Source: Barnesiella intestinihominis (lineage in GTDB: Bacteria; Verrucomicrobiota; Kiritimatiellia; RFP12; UBA1067). Taken from it: a stretch of DNA of 39,079 nt. The first letter of the stretch is position 1; each line of letters begins with the position of its first letter. The notes under the pieces were generated by a model, which was not told the DNA's origin, searched no databases, and saw only the letters and a program-made list of their open reading frames with translations. The stretch covers positions 1-39,079 of the forward strand of contig CAVDWI010000001.1 in NCBI GenBank assembly GCA_963612485.1. Reading direction: 5' to 3'. This document shows, in pieces, positions 28,101-35,228 of this stretch. The position numbers were made by a program, and so were the translations under genes.

Positions 28101-31100
28101 AGCAGGCGGAAGACGCCCCTCACGGGTCGGTCTTCGTTGTTGTGCCAGCCAAGGTAGATGACCTTCGTGCCCGTGCCGTTCGTCGCTAGCACGCTGTCCC
28201 CCTCATAGCCCGCGCTCGCGGGGCCGAACTTACGAATCGTCGTCCACTGCCCCGCACCCGTACCCTCGATGAGAGAGGAATTGAGGATGCTCATCTGCCG
28301 CGAGACGTCGTTCGTCGCGACCTGCACCCAGATTTCGGCGTTCGTATCCGCCCCGCTGTAGGTGAACGCGAACTTGCCGAGACCCGCGAGCAACGGCGAG
28401 CGCATCGACACGGGACTCGTCGTCAGCGCCCGCGACGGCTGCAGGATGACCTCGCGGACGGAACTCGTCTTCTGCGTCACCACGCCCTGCGTGTAGATGA
28501 AGTCGCTCTGGCTGTTGTAATAAGGGGTCTCGAGATTCGGGGCCTGCCACTGCGTCTGGATGATGTCGTCCACGACAACGTCCACGGACTGGTCGTCGCC
28601 CGTCTTGAGCCGCAGGTCGAACGTACCCGTGCGGTGAACCGGCACCGTCCGCTTGTCCGAGAAGGCGAAGCCCGAAACGGAGACGGCATCCTGCAGCGTC
28701 CACTGATTCGCGCCCTTCGGGCTCAGCCAGACTTCCAGGTTCTGCACGAGGTTGGTCGGCGTCCGCAGACCATACAGGGGATACGACCCAGACGTTGTGC
28801 TCACATCGTTCGTGAAGTACTCCGTCCGTCCCGGAATCTTCGACCAACGCCGCGTCGTCAAGTCGGACTGGTCGAGGCTGTAGTCGTTCAGCCCGAGGTT
28901 GACGTTCGTCTTGAATACGCCGCCGCTCGCCGCCGATCGAATGTTCGCCGCGTCCGCCAATACATGACCCGTCTCGGTGTGCGACAGCAGGACAAACCGC
29001 GCAGGGCAATCCTTCGCTCCCACGCCGAACGCGCCGCAGTCATACGGCGAGTCCGAATCCGTGTAGATCAACCCCGAATGTTCCTCCCCGGAGAAGATTG
29101 CGACATCATGATTCGAGGAATTCATAAGCTGCGGTTTGGTCGAGAGGCCGCAGATGATCTCCGTGCCGCCGTCGGTGCCGTCACCGCAGGAGATGAACGC
29201 ACCGTAAAACTTACCCGCGACATCAGTGTCCGTCCCGTCCTTCACCCACGCCGAGGAACTCACGTAGGTGTAGGCGAGCCGCGTACTCGTCGAGTTGCCG
29301 CCGGTCGCGGATTTCCACTTGTAGAGTTCGAGCAGCAGCGACGCAGACGTCCCCTTATACGGCCGCGAGATGCGGAACTCGTAGCACCCGATGCTCGGAT
29401 AGTAGTAGGCGACGAGCGAGACGGAGGCCCCGACCGCCATGTCGCCGATTTCCGTGCCGTCCATCTTGCAGCTGCGGCTCATGACGAGCGGCGCGTGGAA
29501 GACGTAGTTGTCGCTCACCATCGCGTCCATCCGGCAGCTGAACGAGTCGAACGTCATCGACTGGCCGATGCGCGTCTTGAACTGCACCTCGCCGAGCCCG
29601 GACGGCGTATTCGCCGACGTGAACTCGAGCACGCCGCTGCCATTGCCGAGCAACTTCGCCGCGAGACCGCCCGACTTGTTCACCGCGTTGGATGTGACGA
29701 GGCTCTCGCCCACCCACGAGACGTTCTGCGCCGCCCAGCCGTTCGGCGTCGTCGTGCGCTGGTAGACCACGTCCTTCGGATAATCCGGGACGGTGTAGTC
29801 CTGAAGATAGAACGTCTCGTTCCAGCCGGCGTTCGTGCTGACGTAGGTCGCCCAGTTCGAGAAGTTGTTCGTGTAGGTCTGCATCGCCGCGTAATCGACG
29901 GAGTTCGTCTCGGCGTAGTTGATCTTGAACTTCGTGCCGGCGGCGGCGTCGTTCCAGTGGTTGAAGTCCTGGTATTCCGCACGGGTGATGGCGTAGGTCT
30001 CATAGCGGTCGTTCAACTTGAACTCGAGGTAGTTCGCCACGTTGTCGGGCGTCACCCAGCCGTCGAGCGTGCCGCCCCGCACGATCTTGCCCGTGGCGGG
30101 CACGTCGTTCGTCGCCGCCGTGGCGACGCCCCACGCAATCGCCTCGGGGTCGGACGGAATCTCCGTCGCGCCGGCTTCGAGTTCGTTGAAGCCCTCGAAG
30201 TGGAAGCGCACCGTCTCGGAGGTGTTCGTCGGCACGAGCACGAGCGCCCGCCAGGTGTTGTCCGCGATCAGCTCCATGTCGTAGTCGCCCGCGATGCCGC
30301 CCGCCGTGCCGCCCTCGAGCACGACCCGCATCGACGCCCAGTTGCTCGCGCCGCGCCTGAGGCGCACGAACCAGTCCGTGCCGCCGCTCGCGAGCCGCTG
30401 GTTCCCGAGCCCCGTCAAGTCCATGCGGTTCGTCACCGCCCGCAGTTCCTCCGTGTAGTCGCCCGTCGGCTTCGCCACCCCGCACCCCGAATAGTCCTGG
30501 TACGAGTAGAACGGCGCCTGCAGCGTGAGGTCGTAGAAGAACTCGATGTCGCCCTCCGCCGCCGGGAACGCGAGCGGCTCGATTGACCGGAAGCCGTTCT
30601 CTATGTCGAGGAACACCGTCTTCCAGTTGTCCGTGTCGTCCGACCCCTTCGCCGGACTGAACCGCTGGTTCAGGTAGCGCCACCGGTAGTTGAGCCGGGC
30701 GGACGCGATGAAGTTCGTATCCGCAATCGCCACGCCCGGCGTCACCACGTTCGTCGCCGTCGCCCGCGCATACACCTCGGTATCGGACGCGGACGGGAAC
30801 GGAATCGAGAACGCGCACTCCTGGCCGAGCGTCTGCTTGCCCATCTTCGTCTCGTCGTAGTAGCCAATCGGACTCAAATCCGCATACATCGCCGGCGGCG
30901 ACGCAATGATGTTGTCGAGAAGAAGAAAATATTGATATGCGTCGTCAGCAGAAGTAGTCGAACTCGTTCGCCGAATCCTGAATCGAACGGGTCCGCGGAC
31001 GTTCACCTCCGCAATACCGCGCACGAACTTATCCGTCTTGCCGCCACCCGAAAAACCGAGCAAGTCGAGTTCCGTGCGCTTTTCCTGCGCCTCGAACTCG

Positions 31101-34015
31101 GCCGTCCCCTCGGCCGTCCCGTTCTTGACGAGCGGCAGAATGGAGACTGCCCGCCACTGATTGCGCACCTTCCAGTAAGGGTCCTCCTCACCCAGCGTAT
31201 TCGCGCCGGCGCAGTTTTCATCCGTCGGCGGCAAGCCCTCCTCCGTCTCGGTGGCGATTTCCACCACCAACTTAAAGTCCTCGGCATTGCCTCTATATCC
31301 ATTCACCGCATCGAAGTAGACAACTCCAATGCCATTCGTGTAACAGGGCGAGTAAACCGCCGCCTCCGTCGTATTCCGCAGAACGATATTGCCGACTTCC
31401 TCATTCGCATCCGTCCGCGTCGGAAACGCCTTGGTTTCGGACGAAATCGACTTTGATGTACTTGACCACGGGAGGTAGTTCGCGTAACTATACGTTTGGG
31501 GACCCCTGATGAAAATGTTACCAATCAGTCCATTGGCGATATGCCACAACCGATTTGTCTTATCCCCTTCCGCTGAATATAAGGTATGATGAATGCCGGC
31601 AAGTAAATACGCATAATTTCTGTGAGCATTATGAGTCTCACTGCTATGTTCCCAGAAGATGGAATGTCCCGTGGCGGCAGTCTGCCAGTAGCCCTGGTCG
31701 GTGATGGCGTCGCGCCCGTCGCCGCCCGTGTCGTCGTTGACGAGCAGAATGCGGCCTTCCGCCGTCGCCCCGACCGACGACACGGGCGAATGACCGAGAA
31801 TCTCGAACGCCAGCCGACGCTCGCCGCCGAGAAGCGCGTAGTCCGCGCCCATTCCCGCCATCGTCAGCACCGCCCGATAGGAGCCCCGCACCGTCGGCAT
31901 CGCGTCCAGTTCCGTCCCGCTCGGCAGCTTCTGATAAGTTACCTTGACCGACCCGACCTTCAGTTCGCCCGCCGAAATCACGCCCGCCGTCTCGCCTTCA
32001 TCCCATGTCGTCTTCGTGATGGAAGGTTCTGTCGTCCAGTAGTTGATCCACACGCCGTTGCTGCAGACGAGCCCGTAGCCCGTCGCGGCAGTTCCAGCGG
32101 AAAGACTCGCCGCGCCCGCATCGTTCGCGCTCGTCGGCTCGTCCACGCCCGCGTGCCAATACATCCGAATCGGACTCGCCGCCCCCACCCCGCTCGGCAG
32201 GAGGACGCGCATCGTCGATTCGCCCGACACGTTCCACGTCAGGTTCGAATACGGCAGAAGAATGTCGTGGAGCGGGTCTGTCGTCGGCGAATAGACGAAT
32301 CGGAAGGCGTTGTTCTTCAGCCCGTCCGTCCGGTCGTAGAGAAAGCCCGGCAGACCCGATTCCGAAACCGTGATATCGACCGCCCCCGCCGTCGCGGCGT
32401 TCGTCACGTCGATGTAGTCGGTGTATTCCGCCGACGGATTCCGCCACACGCGGAATGTCGCCGTCGCGCTCGCCCCCTCCCAGTTATCCGCCTCCGCCAG
32501 CGTGGCGCGGACGGTGTACCGTCCCGCCGCCGTCGGCGGTGTCCGCGTCCAGTCGGTGGAGGATTCGGGGCAATACTCATAGTAGATGTCGCCGATTAAG
32601 CCGTAGGTGACCGAAGAAACGGACGGCGAGGAGACGGTTGCCCCCGTCTGCCAGTCTTCAATCGACAGCCCCGTGATTGCGTTCGCCGCCTTCTTAATCG
32701 TCCAGTCGCAAGAAATCGCGTCGGTCGTCCCGTCGTCCGCCCACACGCGGTTGGTAATGCTCGCGCTGTTGCCCTTCAGAACCGCCGCACACGTGTAGTC
32801 GCCCGCGTTCGTCGCCTCGGGCGTTCCCTTGCGGTCGTAGTCGTCCGACTCTTCAAGGGCGACGCGCACCACCCCCGTCTCATAGGTGAACTCCGTTGCG
32901 AAAGTTGGGCGGGCGACAGTCTGCCGCGCAATCGACCAGTTGTAGGATCTCGGTTCGGTCGTTCCATCCGACCATTCATACCCTTCTTCGTTGAGCGTCA
33001 CGGTGAACGAATAGCTGCCCGTATCCGTCGCCTTATCCGAACCCGCCGTAACCGTATAGAACGCGCGGTTCGGATCATTCGGGTCAAATGCGGACTGCTC
33101 TTCGCCGTTGTAGACGAGATCTTCGTAGACAGTCGGGGGCGTCACGCCCGAATCGAGGTAGGCGGTAATGCGCACAATCAGGACACCGCTACCGCCCTTG
33201 CCAGCAACGGCAGTAGCATGTGTACCGCCGCCACCGCCGCCGCCACCGAGACCATCAGTGCCATTCACGAGTTCAATATCATCTGCGGAGACAGCAGTAC
33301 GGCCGCCGAGACCCTTACCGCCACCGCCCTCACCGCCGAAGCTCTTACCGGTCATCGAGGCGTAAAAATTGCCGCCGCCGCCACCACCACCGTAGAACAC
33401 GCTTTCACCGGTGATGTCGCTCGCAATGCCATCACCGCCATTGGCTCCGCTGATGGTGCTCGTTGGCGCGACACCAGCAGCCCCCGCACCGCCACCGCCG
33501 CCACCGCCGTAACGAAATGCACCGTCACCACCTTTATTTCCTTGACCAGTTGTCCCAGATCCTCCACTCTGTGCAACATCGGCAAGCATCGAACCGCCGC
33601 CGCCGCTACCGCCTTCCAAGCCCGCACATTCAGCACCACCGCCGCCGCCACCCTTGGCAACGGCAATGACCGCCGAACCGTCCTGAAGGAAAGAAGTGTC
33701 GCCGCCCGTAGTTCCCGGATTGCTGACTTTCGAGCCGTACGCACCAGCCTCGCCACCCGCGCCGACCGAAATCGTATACGTGCCGCGCAAGGATATGTTG
33801 TCCGCGATGACGACGCCACCGCCACCGCCACCGCCGCCACCGCCGGGACCGAGCGTCAATTTCGTCACGCGCCCGCCGCCGCCGCCGCCGCCAACCGCGA
33901 GAATCCGCGCCGACGCCGTCTTCGGCAATTTCAGTTTGCCGACCGTCGTCGGGTCAGAATAGGTGATGACGAGGTCGCCTTCCACCCAGTTCGTCGTGCC
34001 GCCCTCGAACACCAC
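25187..34015 (-). CDS. Giant secreted protein (at least 2,942 aa) with an N-terminal glycine-rich domain, MBG-like Ig repeats, a large beta-rich body and a lamin-tail-like domain. The true start is probably the ATT at 34123 (see findings).
   Basis: An uninterrupted ORF. The ORF-track start is GTG at 34013..34015, but the 36 in-frame codons upstream encode a textbook signal peptide. The glycine-rich domain and the lamin-tail-like (LTD) domain are annotated separately. The repeated pattern Y-x-G...G-x-Y-x-V-x-A...W-x-I resembles MBG-type repeats (for example GSYSFTVTLNEEGYEWSDG...YNWSI and AGDYTCAAVLKGN...CDWTI). Confidence 0.88.
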   Translation of the reverse strand: MVFEGGTTNWVEGDLVITYSDPTTVGKLKLPKTASARILAVGGGGGGGRVTKLTLGPGGGGGGGGGGVVIADNISLRGTYTISVGAGGEAGAYGSKVSNPGTTGGDTSFLQDGSAVIAVAKGGGGGGAECAGLEGGSGGGGSMLADVAQSGGSGTTGQGNKGGDGAFRYGGGGGGGAGAAGVAPTSTISGANGGDGIASDITGESVFYGGGGGGGNFYASMTGKSFGGEGGGGKGLGGRTAVSADDIELVNGTDGLGGGGGGGGTHATAVAGKGGSGVLIVRITAYLDSGVTPPTVYEDLVYNGEEQSAFDPNDPNRAFYTVTAGSDKATDTGSYSFTVTLNEEGYEWSDGTTEPRSYNWSIARQTVARPTFATEFTYETGVVRVALEESDDYDRKGTPEATNAGDYTCAAVLKGNSASITNRVWADDGTTDAISCDWTIKKAANAITGLSIEDWQTGATVSSPSVSSVTYGLIGDIYYEYCPESSTDWTRTPPTAAGRYTVRATLAEADNWEGASATATFRVWRNPSAEYTDYIDVTNAATAGAVDITVSESGLPGFLYDRTDGLKNNAFRFVYSPTTDPLHDILLPYSNLTWNVSGESTMRVLLPSGVGAASPIRMYWHAGVDEPTSANDAGAASLSAGTAATGYGLVCSNGVWINYWTTEPSITKTTWDEGETAGVISAGELKVGSVKVTYQKLPSGTELDAMPTVRGSYRAVLTMAGMGADYALLGGERRLAFEILGHSPVSSVGATAEGRILLVNDDTGGDGRDAITDQGYWQTAATGHSIFWEHSSETHNAHRNYAYLLAGIHHTLYSAEGDKTNRLWHIANGLIGNIFIRGPQTYSYANYLPWSSTSKSISSETKAFPTRTDANEEVGNIVLRNTTEAAVYSPCYTNGIGVVYFDAVNGYRGNAEDFKLVVEIATETEEGLPPTDENCAGANTLGEEDPYWKVRNQWRAVSILPLVKNGTAEGTAEFEAQEKRTELDLLGFSGGGKTDKFVRGIAEVNVRGPVRFRIRRTSSTTSADDAYQYFLLLDNIIASPPAMYADLSPIGYYDETKMGKQTLGQECAFSIPFPSASDTEVYARATATNVVTPGVAIADTNFIASARLNYRWRYLNQRFSPAKGSDDTDNWKTVFLDIENGFRSIEPLAFPAAEGDIEFFYDLTLQAPFYSYQDYSGCGVAKPTGDYTEELRAVTNRMDLTGLGNQRLASGGTDWFVRLRRGASNWASMRVVLEGGTAGGIAGDYDMELIADNTWRALVLVPTNTSETVRFHFEGFNELEAGATEIPSDPEAIAWGVATAATNDVPATGKIVRGGTLDGWVTPDNVANYLEFKLNDRYETYAITRAEYQDFNHWNDAAAGTKFKINYAETNSVDYAAMQTYTNNFSNWATYVSTNAGWNETFYLQDYTVPDYPKDVVYQRTTTPNGWAAQNVSWVGESLVTSNAVNKSGGLAAKLLGNGSGVLEFTSANTPSGLGEVQFKTRIGQSMTFDSFSCRMDAMVSDNYVFHAPLVMSRSCKMDGTEIGDMAVGASVSLVAYYYPSIGCYEFRISRPYKGTSASLLLELYKWKSATGGNSTSTRLAYTYVSSSAWVKDGTDTDVAGKFYGAFISCGDGTDGGTEIICGLSTKPQLMNSSNHDVAIFSGEEHSGLIYTDSDSPYDCGAFGVGAKDCPARFVLLSHTETGHVLADAANIRSAASGGVFKTNVNLGLNDYSLDQSDLTTRRWSKIPGRTEYFTNDVSTTSGSYPLYGLRTPTNLVQNLEVWLSPKGANQWTLQDAVSVSGFAFSDKRTVPVHRTGTFDLRLKTGDDQSVDVVVDDIIQTQWQAPNLETPYYNSQSDFIYTQGVVTQKTSSVREVILQPSRALTTSPVSMRSPLLAGLGKFAFTYSGADTNAEIWVQVATNDVSRQMSILNSSLIEGTGAGQWTTIRKFGPASAGYEGDSVLATNGTGTKVIYLGWHNNEDRPVRGVFRLLVPTNVVTAALAAATNSTPNLDYGRITITGITVTDEPGISERSWRGWNMRTVGDELDFEHRMYLADMTQTGGEGYGLVCGLNNGVWPEDLETDDDMTRVVSGYPAVYSPTFSTNVAGRVGIGSVTYRARLYEDSAQTTGGGQVIGYGSTDPLYGKWVPIFTNAVTSPVFSDFSWTAGSESYYAVKFEITGASLDEKVAPTAAPVDRVILDEIFVGEKVQPTLAFVYARPFRNNLMSTDPVADILSANEQPLAGESWGVQAQLTLQQLADEVDLSRGLKVSLSYYSGDTPWGYDNWKDLASAVTDIELTQVGDATNLIFRSVGTTPAELVPPAVKAGVFVQFMLKVTYYDRGGREYESLMSSWTQPTWYYPIDKNGTGTGGYDSEDFSRYSAYTILDSVSPGRAWINEVNWNDGRASETDGVRCETNQFIEICVPSGADMNGWRVRVRNNQNGEKTLARFGVTVPATTVTTKAVSGYEFVVLQSPKSRDAGGVTNWTHLAAGDVSLGTWPTNLFENAQDEGSLSYSMPYQFELIRPSGVIEHQFVLSGTNIWSVWDIGARFDGTNLVAELNAADSSPLRFYAGDELARRTSGELYGSAGVTGGTATGEPAPGAKGTWKSGLTFTPGTINEGQTIPEGWLIRPNGTNAWVYLNVIGEHLSQAIGGETNRSAVVIVPQGISTNVTYTAEPWYELAVLTENGVTNAVNRPGTYVHTVTPTGQTHIVEAREGVDNRLANDFGLDEKNVYTPAVLNWLRANWPDKTAEDIRLAYYRGLSATADTVDLGLTEMYWLDIPPVTESGEREWWLRGDMSNIQGETHVITRTYGGVAHELTNRIVGVTLYITNAVAGGAASAPCRLQGVNNEQSDTFTGNMWTSVTFKVRAALDVNGMGQEGSKNKGYLPFRQFTFGPGSFDENFSARIEIIDPFSTLSPGYGYGWSNYPNTTNMFFRWSIDTDLIPFAVPVLKANNTYESE
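26650..26900 (-). other. Lamin-tail-domain-like (LTD) segment in the 2,942-aa protein
   Basis: AWINEVNWNDG...NQFIEICVPSGADMNGWRVRV...GYEFVVLQS resembles the LTD pattern (INEV..., EFIELxN..., dLsGW..., ...yvVl). Confidence 0.5.
33165..33907 (-). other. Glycine-rich domain (runs of G6-G10) at the N-terminus of the 2,942-aa protein
   Basis: The segment runs RILAVGGGGGGGRV ... GPGGGGGGGGGGVVIADN ... AKGGGGGG ... YGGGGGGGAGAAG ... YGGGGGGGNFY ... GLGGGGGGGGTH ... GKGGSGVLIVRI. This is the layout of the glycine-rich domain found in phage fibre-like and bacterial surface proteins. It is encoded by GGN/GCC trinucleotide runs, for example a perfect (CCG)6 at about 33873..33892. Confidence 0.7.
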
Positions 34016-34118
34016 GTCTTCCGCCAGCCCGCCGGACGCGACAAGTGAAAACCCGACCGCAAACGCCGCGAACAGCGTCTGCCGGATTTTCGACGGGGCG
34101 AAAGGTTTGAAGAACTTT

Positions 34119-35120
34119 TTAATCTTTTAACTCCTTGTAGGTCTGCCCGTCAAAGGCAACGTCCTTGCCCTCGCAGAGTAGCGCCGTCAACTGGGCGGCG
34201 GATAGCCCGCCGCTCTCCACCCAGGTGATCTTCGCCGCGTGTCCGTCGGCATAGGCGACGTGACCGACGAAACTGCGCTTGCCGAGTCGGTGGTTGAAGC
34301 CGATCGATTCGGCTGTTCCGCCCCAGCTCGAGCCGTAGGTTCCGCTGTCCACCGTGGCGCGATACTGCAGGGTGCAGTCCGCCACCGCACCACTCTCATC
34401 CGACACCGGGCTCGTCGTCTGGCCCTCGATCTTCCACATCGGCAGTTCCGCGAACATCAGCGTGCGGTCGGCGCGCGAGAGGTTGCCGTAGCGGATGCCA
34501 CCGCCCACCGCGCGCGAGCCCTCCGAATAGTCGTAGCCGAACTTCGAATTCATCACGTAACTCCAGTAGGGCGCCGTCATCTTCTTGTCCTTGCGATACC
34601 GCACGTGCGTCGGACACGTGTAAATCGAGCGGTTCTTGCCCGTCGCCTCCCAGATCGCCCCGTTCGTGATGGCGAACGTCGTGTCATCCTCGTTCGCCGC
34701 GCCGTAGAACGGACAGACGTCGAACGCCTTGTAGCTCGGCTCATAGCCATTACCCGACTCCTTGTGGAACTCGGAGTCTTTCGAGAGCCAGTTGATCCAG
34801 CCCCGCGCCTCGAAGTAGCCCGTCTTCGCGCCGACGATGCCGACGTATTCGTAGGCCCCCGCCGCCGGATACCAGCCGTTGCGCATGGCGGTGGCGTTCG
34901 CGGCCTGCGCGAGGCTCTTCATGTTCGAGAGGCATTGCGCGGCGCGGGCGGACTCCGTCGCGCCGCCGAACGCGACCGCCATCACGCCGGCGAGAACGGC
35001 GATGATGCCGATCACCACGAGAAGCTCGATCAGCGTAAACGCGGCGCACGAACGGCGGCGCAATCTCGCCGCACGGTCGAAATTATTCAAGGGCATAGTC
35101 ATCCTTACTTTCATTATCAT
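34119..35120 (-). CDS. Prepilin-type N-terminal cleavage/methylation-domain protein (DUF1559/H-X9-DG-like pseudopilin)
   Basis: AFTLIELLVVIGIIAVLAGV is the class III signal / N-methylation motif. ESARAAQCLSNMKSLAQA matches the DUF1559-type helix, and the C-terminal FNH...GHVAYADGHAAKI is H-X9-DG-like. The probable start is the ATG at 35096 (MPLNNFDRAARLRRRSCA|AFTLIE), with an AAGGA ribosome-binding site 6 nt upstream. The ORF-track start at 35120 coincides with the predicted transcription start. Confidence 0.85.
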   Translation of the reverse strand: MIMKVRMTMPLNNFDRAARLRRRSCAAFTLIELLVVIGIIAVLAGVMAVAFGGATESARAAQCLSNMKSLAQAANATAMRNGWYPAAGAYEYVGIVGAKTGYFEARGWINWLSKDSEFHKESGNGYEPSYKAFDVCPFYGAANEDDTTFAITNGAIWEATGKNRSIYTCPTHVRYRKDKKMTAPYWSYVMNSKFGYDYSEGSRAVGGGIRYGNLSRADRTLMFAELPMWKIEGQTTSPVSDESGAVADCTLQYRATVDSGTYGSSWGGTAESIGFNHRLGKRSFVGHVAYADGHAAKITWVESGGLSAAQLTALLCEGKDVAFDGQTYKELKD

Positions 35121-35125
35121 TACGA

Positions 35126-35155
35126 ATTATAGCACAACCCGCCCGTCCGTTGCAA
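35126..35155 (-). promoter_or_regulatory. Strong sigma70-like promoter at the head of the 33-kb block (TTGCAA, 18-nt spacer, TGcTATAAT)
   Basis: On the minus strand the -35 is TTGCAA (35150..35155) and the -10 is a perfect TATAAT (35126..35131), separated by 18 nt. The -10 is preceded by a TGn extended element. The predicted TSS is about 35118..35120. Confidence 0.55.
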
Positions 35156-35228
35156 GCACGGAGACAGCACGGAGACGCTCCGGCGGCGAGGGCGGGTGTC
35201 GCCCGACCCGTCGCTGCGCGGCATTTTC

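Noticed and set aside
33165-33907. The GGN/GCC trinucleotide runs might be a frameshift-type contingency locus.
   Set aside because: The repeat unit is 3 nt, so slippage would stay in frame and only change the poly-Gly length. This is noted as possible length polymorphism under the giant-protein finding and is not an on/off switch.
34119-35120. The first ATG (35118..35120) might be the pseudopilin start, which would give a 25-residue leader, MIMKVRMTMPLNNF...
   Set aside because: The predicted TSS from the TATAAT box falls at about this position, and no ribosome-binding site precedes it. The ATG at 35096 has an AAGGA ribosome-binding site. The longer model is kept only as the outer coordinate.
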